DNA of 64,000 nt from Psilocybe cubensis. Lineage: Eukaryota. The translations under genes and the position numbers were made by a program. Each line of letters opens with the position of its first letter. The first letter of the stretch is position 1. Positions 11,696 through 24,488 of this stretch are shown here, in pieces. The DNA lies in assembly GCA_017499595.2 (NCBI GenBank), contig CM039004.1:806001-870000 (forward strand), in the 5' to 3' direction. The notes beneath the pieces are model-generated. The model was not told the origin of the DNA. It saw only the letters and a program-made list of their open reading frames with translations, and did no database searches.

Positions 11696-11701
11696 TTTAT
11701 A
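11696..11701 (-). promoter_or_regulatory. TATA box of the DUF3472-like gene
   Basis: TATAAA on minus strand ~55 nt upstream of ATG 11641. Confidence 0.55.
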
Positions 11702-12836
11702 CTCGCTACAGAGGCGATGGGAGAACTGGTTGTTCCATTAACATCTACCTCTACACAACGGAGAATGCTCTCCAGACATCTCATCGCTTCCGTCCTAACA
11801 GCCACTTCACCTGTCGGACTTGACACAGAACCAACTGTGAATTTCTTGACATCTCCGTTTCGCTCTGTAACCCCAGGAAGAACCCTTTGCCCTTTAATGT
11901 AATGACACCTGCAAGAAAACCATAATGTTCTGTCTTTCTGTAATGAAACTCACCTATTCAGGCCTGTAACCCCACGACTTGACGTGCTTCAATGCTGACT
12001 CCAGCGATTCCTCAATATTTTCCAGAACATACTTGCTGTCAAATCCGGATCCTGAACCACGGAAGACATTGAACCCCTGACTGGCAAAAGAACAAACCGC
12101 CAGCAAGAAGCTTCGGTTGACGGTAAAGTCTTCTGTCCGTGAACCCGGGTAGTTTAAGTTGCTGAAATATTGAATGTAGAACTTCAGACCATAAATGTTG
12201 TTCGGATGCCTGTTGAACGAAGTTAAACCGCCCAAAGGTCACTACTTGTGAAATATACCCATACTGTTGTTTTTACTGCAGTGAGAGCCTACACATAAGT
12301 GACTGTATCGACAACGGAATGGTGGCCATTTTGACACGCGTAAATAACTGCTGTTGATACAGGACGATCTTGCACATCTACATGATTTCTGGCACTATTA
12401 AGAGCTGCCTCGCCAACTCCCCGCCGTAATCATGTAGATATGAAAATATACATACTGTAACTGAGGTAAAATCAGGCTGTCTCCAGGTCAGGGAGAAAGG
12501 ATATTTGCCGCAAATAAAATGCGTATAGAAGTTATTTGCCTGCGGTTTACGGTTGTCATGCTGTATTTTCTATCAGTCCAAGTCGCCATCCGGCACTTGT
12601 TTGCTGGCTGGTGCTCCGTACTTGCTTACGATTCTTTTTACCCTTCATATTATTATTATATAATCGTGGGAACTTGATATGGTACGTATGGGATTCTAGG
12701 GCACCTATTTCAATTTTTAGTCGCCATCCGAAATGTACCTGACAAAGGAATGACTATGGAGGCTGTACGACACTTGTGCCTGGCAAGTTCAAGTTCTATC
12801 TAGCAGTGTTGCTCTGCCATTCATGAAGGTGAGAAT

Positions 12837-15216
12837 ATGCGAAGCTCATCTCCCCATCCTTTCCGGCAAACGCCCACAGAATCCTCCCGACGCCCTGTTC
12901 GACATTCGCTCGTTGGGGGCCCATGGCCATGGCTCAACATCGATGACGGTCAGGCGCTTACATCAGAATTGGGCAAGCTGACCCACAAGTGGTTCCTACA
13001 GAGTTCAACACCAAGACACTTGACCGATCGCAACCCTTGATTACTCCAGGATGCAATCACGAGAGCTGTGGGGGATGTTATATGACTTATCCCGATCCTG
13101 ACACCCATCCATGGGGACCGAAGCAGAGGTTGTCAAGTGGTATGGACGAGAAAGTGCTCAAACGTGATGACGACTCTGCGTGTATTATTCACGGTCTTCA
13201 TGTAGTATCACCAGGCAGGCCCTTTGTTCAGAGCAATGTCCCGATTGTTGCGAACATTGGCCAGGAAGGGATTGTATGGGATCAATTACTCAATTCTAAG
13301 GTGCTAGATTCGAATTTTTTCCGTATAAACCACGTCCATCTTGACTGACCATCCCTCTTCCAGAATTCTGAGACAGTGGAAGTGCATATAATGTTGGTTC
13401 ACAACCTATCGTGGCCAATTTTGCAAATGCTCGGTCGCATGTTAGTCTCAAAAAGTTTCTAACACATGAATCGTAGTGTTAACCTGCCACTAAATTAAGA
13501 TACAACATACATCCTTTATTTTGGACTTCCTCTTTTAATCACATACCATCTTGCTCTCAAGAATCTCATGAAACATACAGTGCCGAGTGTAAGGACGAAG
13601 AACCGTTGTCTTTGGACATTGAAACTAACATTCAAAAAACATTTTTAACAGCAATAAGTATGACACTGCCATTTCCCTTACCCGCTATTGAGTCAATGGA
13701 TTCAGAACTGTCGCAAAATAATAAAGGCAAGTATAATTTGACAAGTTTCAACCGCCCATTGCTTACTGTCACTACTGATTTGCAAATTGAAAGATTGGAC
13801 AATTGAAGTCTTAGCCGTTCATTTAGTACGGCAAATTGACGGTCCAGGAAGTACAATGGTAGTACACATCCCCCAAAACGAAGGTATTTGCTCGGCATCT
13901 TCTTTAAAGCAAGCGTTTCTTGCGTTGGGTAAGCGCCTTACATCCCTCAGGCCTCGTCTGTGTTTGCCCGAAATGGCTGAGCATCGTTCCCCAAGGCCGC
14001 AATAATCGTTGTCAAGAAACGTGGAACAGGTCTTCTGAGCCAGTGTTGGTATTACTCTGGCTGCAATGGTTTGTCCTGCAATGCTGGGACAATGAATTGC
14101 AGCGTATCCAAATTCGTATCAATGCTATGGCATGTCGAGATATTTCTTCCATTTTGTGAAACTTAATTTCTCTATTGCAGGAAACAGACGCAGAACTTTT
14201 GATGGAATATACCGATCACAAAGCTCGCTCTGTAGGAGACGTCGTCGCATGCACAAATTTCCTGCTCGAGAATGAGCCATTCCTAAAAACTGTCAAAGAA
14301 TATATTGAAATTATACAAAACTGGGGCATCTATTGCGGCATCTCCAAGAAGGCTTTCTATGCTGAATGTCAACATACTATCATGGAAGCAGACCGACTCC
14401 TTCGCCAAATTCGATACCAGATAGCGAGTCTCAGAAACCTCAGTCAATTGGTTTGTGATTTGCTTTGTGCTATGCCTGGTACCTTGCTTGATAGCACCAT
14501 TTTAATTTCAGATTCATGTGCGATTAAAAATACTCAAAGCTCAAGGCCATAAAGAGAAGCTTACGCAGGTAGTCATCGTCGATGGTGAGTGGCTTATAAA
14601 TCGGAAAAACGGCCATACCGAAATGTGTCCAATAGGATCAATGCATGTTCTCCTCTCGTCTTTTCTGATGATATATCTTCCTCTTCTCTTTGCAGCGGTA
14701 TGTGATATTTCACCTCTCAACCCATTTGCATGTTTATCTGTGACTGTTTAGATGTTATTCGGCATGAATATTGAAGAATTGGTACCAGGAACCCGACTAT
14801 CCCTCAAACACTACGTCACTGTTGTCGTTCCAGTCACAGTGATAACAGTAATATGTATCATCACGATGGAATATAGATCGAAACGGCTAGGAAGAGCAGA
14901 CATATACCCCGACCTCGAGTCCGAACTGCAAGACAGCGATGCCCAAGCAACAGACGACGCTGAAATAACCCCCCTTGATGTGAACCAGCAGATTGCCGAG
15001 GATGTGGAGTTTGACAATAACCTGATTCACGCCATTCGTCCTCCCAGTGCCGCCCATAACACCTTTGAACCGCTAATCAATAGACCTTCGGATATAGAAA
15101 TGATGCCCACTGGACGAGAAAGCAATGGGGCGCGAGGGCACGACTTCATGTTCGGCCACCCCCCTGACCATTGGTCCACAACGCCAAGTGGTGATGACAT
15201 GGGCAGCGGCAGATAG
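12837..15216 (+). CDS. CorA-like membrane protein, divergent fungal type (spliced)
   Basis: Two C-terminal TMs with YLPLLFAA-MLFGMN signature; helical region upstream; multiple introns. Confidence 0.65.
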
Positions 15217-15407
15217 CTCGCGAAAGGTTTGTAAGGCATTCTGCGGTTTGTTTCCAAATCGTGAAATGGGGGTATATTTTGATGTGCGTTGGTCATTTGT
15301 TTCTTTCATCTGCATCCTATAGTCAGAAAATACATCGTTAATTTATTGTTGAATGAGCTTACTTATTATATCCTGTTTACACATACTAATATACTATTGT
15401 CGCCACC

Positions 15408-17427
15408 TCAAGAGGAATATAAATTGGCAGCGCTATAGCTTCCAGACCGAGACTCATCTAAAAGGTACCCAAGGAATGACGACTGCAATCCAAAGACAAG
15501 ATCATCCTTGACATCGAAGAGATATGGCAATGCATCAAGAGCATGCGCAACATAGTCCCGGTGTGCCTGGGTTGTCAGTTTCTGTTGGAGCATATCCACT
15601 GTCAGCGGCGTGTCGAATGACTGCTTGTCATCGCCTCGGGGAGAGAGTAGCACATTGATGATAGTTCTGATCGTAGGCGTCGATCGGAGTATCTGCTCGT
15701 GCAATTCATCTAGTGGTGCATATGCCTTAACACTGGGGAGGCCGTGTTCGCGAGCCTCGTCGCTGTGCCTTGCTGCGAGGACATAGTTTGTCGGGGTCGT
15801 TTCTTTTTCATAAACTGTCATCCGACAATATAGTGAATTTTAAATATTCATGACATATTTTTCAACACTCACTGCCATTTTTCTGTATTCGCTTAACATA
15901 GCCAGAGGCGAGTGATCTGTGGGCGAGTCCAACGTCTGTGAAGAAAGGGCCTGACCGATTTCGATCCAGAAGAAAATCGGACAGCGACGCGTGAAGCAGC
16001 TTCACTGGCTTGTCCCTGCCGTGGAGACTAACCAGACATAATAAGTACCCCAAGACATGTTCGACATGACCTTTGGGGAAGGAAAGAAGATCCTCTAGAT
16101 TGGCAGGAGTTGTAAAAACGCCAAGTTCGTCTCCGTCGACTCGGGGAATAACCAGGACATCAAAAATAGCTTTGATAGATTGCCTGTGTGCCAAATGAGT
16201 ATTCCTGAAGATATAGTCGTAGAGATCATCCAATAGAGCATATGGTCGATCCGTTGTGTCAATAGCAGACAGACCAAGAATAACCTTCAGACATTCGTCA
16301 GGCCTCAGGTGGTCGGACTTTATATACTTGATGACCGTAGCAGGGTATATGAAACCAGAGGAAGATTTAAGGACGAGCTTTTCGATATCGGCTGTCGATG
16401 GCCAACTCTCCGGGAGATAGGCAGCCAATTTATGATTTGATCGAATATGTTCAAATTCTTTGGTAAGGAAAGTGAGAACATCACTATCAGCCTCAGAGTC
16501 TTCTCCTAGGTTCTTGTGGGTGTAGTTAATGGTGTTGAAGATCTCGTGTCTTAATGTTGATAAAATGTGCGCTTCTGGGCGGCTTGCTATGATGATTCGG
16601 AAAGGCATGCGAAGCTGTTGCACAGCATAGGCGACAACCATTAAGATATCGCATTGAATTTCGGGATCATCGCATTCGTCCAATCCATCGATCACCATCA
16701 ACCGTGGCTGAACCCGCGAAGGAAAGAGAAGGTTGCTGATATTGTATCTCCACGATTTGGACAATGCGTTTATGGGGTCAACAATCAGCAGCTGCATCTT
16801 GACCTTGTTAGAGAGCGAGAAGACGCCTGGATTTTTCTTCAGATTTTTGGCCAAGTAGGTTCGAACGGGCGGAAAGTTCATGGCGAGCTGGTACGCCAGA
16901 GTCGCGATGAGCAGTCTCCCGTTGTTTCTCCCGGGGTACGTCCGTGAAAAGAAAAAGCTGCCTGCGTGGTTGTCTTTCTCTTTGAGCAGAAGTGCGATCT
17001 GCTGGCCCAAGGCGGACTTGCCCACTCCAGCTGGACCGTGCAGCCATAGTAAAGACGAGGACGAGGATGAACTCCCAGCCTCAACCCAGTTAGACAATGC
17101 ATCTATGATTCCCAACCGGGTGTCTGGATCGCATTTTGGTGCGTCGAAGCGCTCCTCCGAGTCGAGGAGACCAGCCAGGGCACTTTGGTTGAGAAGAAGA
17201 CCTACAACGTCTACAAAGGGTCGGACTGTTGAGTATCGATAAATGCGATTCCATGAACTAGGGCACTCACCATCTCGATGAATTTTTCGCGGCGGGGTGT
17301 AGCGGTTTCGTTCAACTGATCTGTGGTTATGGTTATGGCTATGGTTGTGGGTGACGGTAACCGGTTGGTGCGCTGTGAAATTGCCTCCAGTTACAAGGAC
17401 GTTGCTGGAATTCTTGAACATAGACAT
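15408..17427 (-). CDS. NACHT-domain NLR-like protein without obvious C-terminal sensor repeats
   Basis: APKCDPDTR, Walker A WLHGPAGVGKS, FFFSR, Walker B MVIDGLDEC, IIASRPE, GFIYPATVIKYI, LDDLY, LLHASLSDFLLDRNRSG. Confidence 0.92.
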
Positions 17428-17507
17428 CTGCGCAAGAAACCGAATGGACGGAATGGGCAAATACTAGAACACAGGAGGGAGTAGGAAGAGGGCTATACCA
17501 TCAGCCA

Positions 17508-17513
17508 TTTATA
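17508..17513 (-). promoter_or_regulatory. TATA box of NACHT gene
   Basis: TATAAA on minus strand ~80 nt upstream of ATG 17427. Confidence 0.45.
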
Positions 17514-18300
17514 TGGTTTTGATATTTAAAGGCCTTCTGAATAGCACTGCTTGACAGGCCGCACGGCGTAGGCGCCGTGCCTTAAATTTTCCGCATTGTC
17601 GATATTCATTGACCATTGCAATTGTGCTAGATAATGTGATCGATGCATGAGTATGATTGGATTCTGATGTTATTCTTTCATCATGGATATGTTCTATGAA
17701 CCAGGAAAGAAAGGAAGATGGAGTTGGGATGACATTGAGCTGGCCTTTTGGAAAAAAATGTCCACAGCCCAGTCACGCACACGGCAATTGCATTGCCTGG
17801 GAATTTTGGACAAACCCGGCGGCGGCGCACTCACTTCCTCTCGACTTTGTCTGTCTGTTCCAGTCTCTATTCCTTCGTCGGTTCTTGCCCCTCGTTTACG
17901 ACAGCTTTGGGTATTCATTCTGTGTATGTTACGCAGTGAAGACCGGGAAGAACGACGGCGACCTGGCGATTCGGGATAAGAGTTGGCTTTTGCAGGATTG
18001 AAAAAGTTGCAAGTTGGTTTTCTATCGAGTCGTTTTTCTAGGATTAAGATTAGGTGAGTATACTTGATATAAGTGAGCTCAATTCTTAGTATACTGAAAT
18101 ATCTCTTCGTATCTTGGATCTATAGTCAATTGTTAGCCCACTGGGTGGACTATCTTCTCGAGACCCCATACCTTTCACGTTCGAATTCAAGACGTGATAT
18201 TAAGGTCTCTTGCTGTTGCATACCCATCCGATACCTCCTCGGAAGAGGTCCACCAAACTACTATCCTTTGCATCGATAACCCAAGTTCACCACCACCACT

Positions 18301-19623
18301 ATGCACCGAAATATCCCTAATTCTATTCCATTACGCCGACATCCTCATGTTTTGCTAAACTATTGTATTCATACGCGAAGGGTTCACTCAAGCCCTCGAA
18401 ATGCGACATTCACCTCCTTTTTCTTCCATAATGCTCAATGGATGCAGTCAAACGCGACGCCATCACCCAAAAGTAGAAGTCTACGAGCTAATATAGCAGA
18501 ACTAGCCCACCGACCTCTAGTTCTGCCCACAGCTTCCGATGCATCAGCCAGCGGGAAAAGCGCCTTGGCTGCATTCAAGGAAGTGGAAAAGCCAACGGGG
18601 ATCAAATTGCTCAAGGTGTACAACCAACTTGCGAAATCTAATCTCACAATTTTGGTCGTGCTCACCTCGATGTCGGGTGTTGCTTTATCCCCCTTTCCTG
18701 CGACGATACCGGTACTGCTAGCGACGGCACTCGGCACCGTGCTCTGCTCGGCCTCTGCGAACACGCTGAACCAGCTGCAGGAGGTGCCGTTTGACGCGCA
18801 GATGGCGCGGACCAGGATGCGCCCGTTCGTGCGGAGGGCGATTACACCTCTGCACGGCCTCGGGTTCGCAATCACCACCGGAATTGCGGGGCCAGCGATT
18901 CTGTGGGGCATGACGAATGCGACGACGGCGTGTCTAGGGCTCGCGAACATTGTGCTGTACGCCGGAGGATATACCTGGCTGAAGCGCAGGAGCATCGCGA
19001 ACACCTGGGTTGGCGCGGTGGTCGGTGGTATTCCACCTCTGATGGGATGGACCGCATGCGGCGGGCGCCTGTTGCCTGAAACGTGGACACTGGAGTCGCT
19101 ACCGCTGTTCCTGCCCCCGTTTATCGCAGACGCGGCGTCCATGCCCGTGCCAGTAGCCGATCTGACAACGCTGGACAACCCGTTGGCGCCGTTCGCGTTC
19201 TTTATGTTCCTGTTCAGCTGGCAGTTCTTCCACTTCATGCCGCTGTCGCACATCGTGCGGCACTCGTACGCGCAGGCGGGGTACCATATGCTGGCGGTAT
19301 TTGACCAGCGGAAGAACGCGCTCGTCGCACTGCGACACACACTGCTGCTGGTGCCAGTGTGCAGCGTGCTGTTCCCAATATCGGGGCTGACGACATGGTG
19401 GTTTGCGGCGACAACACTGGTGCCGAACGCGATATGTGCGCGCGGGGCATGGCGGTTCTGGCAAAAGGGCGGGGAGAAGGAGGCGCGGGTTCTCTTTCAG
19501 CAGAGTCTATGGTACCTGCCTGTAGTGATGGGCCTGATGATGTTCCACAAGCAGGGCATGTCGTGGCTTGAATGGCTCGGAATAGTCGATAAGGAGGAAA
19601 ACATAAACACTGTAGAGACTTGA
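18301..19623 (+). CDS. COX10: Protoheme IX farnesyltransferase (heme O synthase), mitochondrial
   Basis: SANTLNQ..EVPFDAQMARTRMRP, YTWLKR.SIANTWVGAVVGGIPPLMGW, WQF.HF, Y.QAGY.ML; basic N-terminal presequence. Confidence 0.95.
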   Translation: MHRNIPNSIPLRRHPHVLLNYCIHTRRVHSSPRNATFTSFFFHNAQWMQSNATPSPKSRSLRANIAELAHRPLVLPTASDASASGKSALAAFKEVEKPTGIKLLKVYNQLAKSNLTILVVLTSMSGVALSPFPATIPVLLATALGTVLCSASANTLNQLQEVPFDAQMARTRMRPFVRRAITPLHGLGFAITTGIAGPAILWGMTNATTACLGLANIVLYAGGYTWLKRRSIANTWVGAVVGGIPPLMGWTACGGRLLPETWTLESLPLFLPPFIADAASMPVPVADLTTLDNPLAPFAFFMFLFSWQFFHFMPLSHIVRHSYAQAGYHMLAVFDQRKNALVALRHTLLLVPVCSVLFPISGLTTWWFAATTLVPNAICARGAWRFWQKGGEKEARVLFQQSLWYLPVVMGLMMFHKQGMSWLEWLGIVDKEENINTVET

Positions 19624-19864
19624 TAGAAACTGAATAGAAATCAGAAAAGGAAGAAATAAAGTCACGTGGGCTTGGCGACAACTGGATGTTTCGGCTAATT
19701 TGATATTTTCCCAGGACTCGCCCTTGTTCCTCTCCTCTCTCCTCTCCACTTCTCCCCGCTCTGCTGTCCCGACGGACGCTCACATTCTTTACTCACCACC
19801 CTCTTTCGTAATTCGCCTGCTTTTTCGAAAAATACACGCGCAAAATATCTAGCAAAAACATATC

Positions 19865-21469
19865 ATGACTATGCATCAGGTTCAACAACGAAATCACGCT
19901 CATCGTATGCTGCAGCTCCGCCAGGACCCGCCCAACACCACCGACCCCAACGGACACAACGATATCCCTGGTGGTGGTAATGGCGGTGGCCCCAGTGGTG
20001 GTGTTGGCGGCGGAGGAAACGAGCCTCCCCTTTCGCACTCGAGTTCCAGCTCGGTCGCAGGGCCCACCTCGTTATGTATGTTTTTCTTGTTGATCCATTG
20101 ATATTCTCTTATGCTTAGCCATATTGCGCAGCTTCCTCTAGGTCCTTGCCTGTACAGCCCTCGTCTACCGTCAGGCCATCGTCCTCGACCTCCAGACCCG
20201 TGTCGTCTTCGACCACCCCGTCCTCGACTGTCAGGCCGACGTCTTCCAGCTCGTCCTCGTCCTCGTCGTCAAGCTCTTCTTCGTCCTCATCATCTTCGTC
20301 CTCGAGGAGCTCTTCATCGTCTTCGTCGTCCAGCTCGTCTAGCATTGTAAGTATCTATCACCGGTTTTACTCCTTTCCGTGTTTGACTTGATACCGGCAC
20401 TATTAGACCAGGACTCCCGCTCTCCTCGCAACGAGTTCCACTCCCACCAATTTGGGGGCTACCAGCTTTTTCCGCAGTGTCACTCCGACCAACATTGACG
20501 GTGCTGGCTCTACCATCACTGCTGATCCTGTTACCGCTTCTGACGCCAAGAAGAGCTCCGGAGGAGCTATTGCGGGTGGAGTCATTGGTGGTCTCCTTGG
20601 TCTTGGTCTTTTGGCATTTATCATTTTGACCATGATTGTAAGTTATATTATTCTTTGTTTAATTCGCGCACAACATTTATGGTTCAACTTTTTCAACCTT
20701 ATAGCGTCGTCACCAACGTGCTCGCCGTCACGCCCGAGCCCGCCGTCACGAATCCGATTTTGGCACTTTCAACCGCGCGGCGTTTGTTAAAGAGAAGGAG
20801 CCTGAAGTCGTACCCGACATGGTTGAGCAGCGCGGCCACAACGTCGCCCCTTCGCTTTCTGGCGAAGCCGTCGCAAACATGGCCACGCCACCATCTCAAT
20901 TGGCTGCTGCAAGCGCCGCTGCCACGGCTGCTGCTGCCGCGCCCGCTGCACCTCTCCAGGAACGCCCCAAGTATGTGTATGGTGCCCCCGTCGCTGGCCA
21001 GGATTCCGCCGAAGAACAAGCCAAGGAAGCTGCCAATGGTGGCGCGTACAGTGTTGACCCCCAGGCTCAGACTGCTTACAATGCTGAAGCATACGGATCT
21101 TATGCTAAGTACGATGACGCCGGCGCCGGTGTTGTTGGCGGTGTTGCTCCGGGTGCTGTGTACCAGGACGCTCAGCGTGAATATCAAGGACAACAGGGAT
21201 ACTATGATCAGAGCCAATACCAACAAGGATACTACGACCAGAGCCAGCATCAACAATACTATGATCAGAGCACCGGGCAATACTATGACCAGTCTCAGTA
21301 TGTTGTCGATGGACAGTACAGCCAACAGCAACAGCAATACGATTATACTCAGCAGCACTCTCAGTACGCGGCCGCTCAACCTGCGTACCCTGAGCAAACT
21401 GCTACTTACCAGCCCCCGCACCCATATGCGACTAGGCCGGCTGGTAATGAGGCGTATGGTGGAATGTAA
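19865..21469 (+). CDS. Single-pass membrane protein with Ser/Thr-rich ectodomain and Tyr/Gln-rich tail (Mid2/Wsc-like architecture, spliced)
   Basis: Poly-Ser exon 20146-20347; TM GAIAGGVIGGLLGLGLLAFII followed by basic residues; YYDQS repeats in last exon. Confidence 0.7.
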
Positions 21470-23104
21470 AGCATTAGGAAGATGTCTTATTAGGAGGGGG
21501 GATAGAGGATGCTTTTTGATCCCTTTTGCAAAATTTTAGAGGTGAAACGAGTTCAGGGTCTAGTTGAAGGGCACGTCGTTTTGCGTGCCTTCCTTGCCAC
21601 CTCGACTTGGAGTAACGAGAAGGATCAAAAGTTGCGTTATACCACAAGTCTATCCTGCGCCTTCTGCCATCTTTCTTCCACTTTTTTCTCCGTCCAAACT
21701 GCCTTTAAACATCTTATTTATTTATTCATACACGTTGACCTTGACACTTCCGCCCTACCCCACCCCCTGAATGGTTATATTCATGATTCTGTTTTTACTT
21801 TTTTTTTACACGTCTGTATAATTTCTTCCGTTCTACGTATAAGCGGCCTTTACTCCTCGACCCCTGTGAACTTTTTTCCCCATCCCCACTTTACTCTTTG
21901 CCACCTATCATCCCTCCTACCACCCTACCTACCTTTCTATTGACGCTTGCCTGCTTGGTCGATCCGGATACCATCGTGTACCCTCACATGTACACACGCA
22001 CCCATGCCTCGCCCTCGCCCTCGCCCTCGCCGTCATACATACCATGTTTCTTAGTCTCTTGGGCGGTGGTCTTGGTCTGGTATCAACCTCGCTCCCATTA
22101 TCTCCCAAACTCCCCATCCTTGTCACAATTTACCCCTTTTCTCTTCCTCCCGCATACCCATCCATCTCCATTACTCCCCGACTACCATCCCCGGAACCCC
22201 TTTCCTTCTGGTACGCATACCGCTGGCGCCGCCTCTGTCTCTATTACTTGTAATGCTTTGCATGCTCCATGTGCCACCATCCCATGTCATTGTATTACAG
22301 TTATATAAGAGTACGACAGTTGTCTTCCTCCTTATCTTTTTTTGATTTGTGCCTTGCGGACGTACCTGTCCGCTCTTTGTTTTGTGATCGCCATCGTGAA
22401 TTTTATTTTTTTTTTTGTTATATCCTTGCCCTCTTGCCCTTTACCCCAACCTTTTCTTTTTCTTCATCATCTTCTTCTTTCTACTTCTTTTTCATCCTCA
22501 ACTGTTTTTTTTTGTGTTCGTCTTTTTTGTGTGTTGAGTAAAAATTCAATTGTTTATATTGAGATATGTGTGTCTGGTATTGGTACTGCTGGTACCTGCT
22601 CTTTCGTTCGAAATATGTCTTTTCTGTGTCTTTAAGAGTTTGTTAATATGCATACCCTGTCGTCTTTTCTTATCCTCTTATCAATGAGTGATTTAACCTC
22701 TTCTAAGTAAGTATGATCGTTTTTGTTACGGTTAATGTATGTGTTCGTAGTGCTTCTCGAGTTTATGATATCGTTTCGACATCTGAGAGTCGCGTTGCCT
22801 CAAAGTACTGAATATAACACTCTGATTATCTTTCAATCTCTCCAACTTCAAGTTTGACATACCGATGATGTAACTGTGTATGTAGATAAACTTGCACTGG
22901 GCTCTGACAGAGGCCCCGAGTAGCAGACGACGTTTTGAGTGATCTTGACGTTTACTGTTCATCTGTTCATCTTGATAGTTTGATCCAATACTTCAAACAA
23001 ACTGTCTTATCCGTCGTATCCGTACTTCGTCATGAGAAGAATGATATCTTCGACAGTTGCATCATCATCATGATTCAGTGAATGTCAGGAAGGAATTCTT
23101 CGTA

Positions 23105-24392
23105 CATCAGCAAAAGTGCTCGGATCCCCAAATGCCTTGACAAGGCATTTGGAGGCGTCCAAAGGCCCCAATGCCCGAAAGGCATTGTGCGGTTCGTAAC
23201 GAGAGACTCCGAAGACTGAAAGGCTTCGAATTATTTATTCCAAGCAAATGATTTAGGTAGTACTAAATATAGCCAAATCATTTGGTTAAAATTTGAGTGT
23301 CCGTAACATTTAGGCAACATTTGGGAGTCCCAAAAACATTTGGCAAACATTTGCCAGTGTTTAAATGTTTTACACAGTTCACATGGTTCATTATTTAGTG
23401 GATCCCTCAGATTATCATAGCAAGTAAAAAGAACTTGTTGCATTAAGAAAACTTATACTACAACATGACTCCAAAAGGTACAGAGAAGCGAGAAAGTGGT
23501 TAAATAACAAAATGATGCTGAGACGATGTCATCAATAGATGGTACCCATGAATTATAGGAGCTACTTTGGTCGCATAATGTAAGCAAGGTGTGTGTGCAG
23601 AAGTGCGCATATACTCACCTAAAAGTTTGGGAACTAGTGAATGATTATATACCAAGCCGGATATCCAGTAGATCTAAGGCAGAAGGAGAACGGTCTACGG
23701 AAAGGCAGATACATGGTCAGTTGAGGATGATCTAATCAGAAAGGAAGTGGCAGAATTACCTGTGAGTTAGATTCAGCTATGATATACGAAGACTTAGAGT
23801 TGAAAAGTCCAAGCCCAAGTCCCACCAAGCGTCGCCGGAGTAGTGAACATGAGAGTATGTGGAAAGAAAGAAACGGGGGTTGAAAGAGATTATTATGCAC
23901 AAACAAACAAATATTTGATCTCCGATTCACTCCGATTCACGCTGATCGCATTGTGACTTCGTTGACAGTCGAGAAATTGTACAGACCGGGTGACCAACTG
24001 TACAGAATTCTAATTAGAACTAATGTGGCTGTATAGCCAGTAAATTTTGGTGTGGATGAATTATTTCATCAGCATTTGAAAGTCCTGTAAACATTTCTCA
24101 TAACCGAAGTGTAAAACCAAATGTTTTGTGACCTCTTTTAATTTTGTTAAATGATTCCTTCAAGGTTGCACAGTGTACAAATTTTTTTTTGTAAATTGTA
24201 GTTACTAGAAATTATTTGGTGCTTGTTTTGTGATTCAAAAATGTTTGTGGGGCCTCCAAATGACCACCAAATGATTTGAGTGTTCCCAAATGTTGCCCAA
24301 ATGTTTTGCGTGACATTACTGTGTCACGTAAAACATTGGCATGCCTTATAAGGCTCCCAAGGCATTTGGGGGTCTGGTCACTTTTGCTGATG
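23105..24392. mobile_element. Non-autonomous TIR DNA element (~1.3 kb)
   Basis: 35-bp TIRs CATCAGCAAAAGTG...CCCCAAATGCCTTG (23105-23139 / 24358-24392, 31/35); TA on both flanks; subterminal CAAATG/CATTTG repeats; AT-rich with no long ORF. Confidence 0.85.
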
Positions 24393-24488
24393 TAACACTC
24401 TACCAGTATACGCTTTTCCTGTACGTTTGACTTCAATATACATTCGTTCTCGGCGTGTTACGTAACTATAATACCACAAACTGTACAA

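Noticed and set aside
11700-12240. Short minus-strand open frames upstream of the DUF3472-like gene
   Set aside because: No consistent splice model or recognisable homology
18435-19340. 301-aa antisense ORF (and similar shadow ORFs over NAS2, the F-box genes and the giant gene)
   Set aside because: Antisense shadows of GC-rich or repetitive real genes; no recognisable motifs
21470-22640. Hydrophobic ORFs in a pyrimidine-rich stretch
   Set aside because: Composition fits a long 3' UTR; ORFs arise from T/C richness
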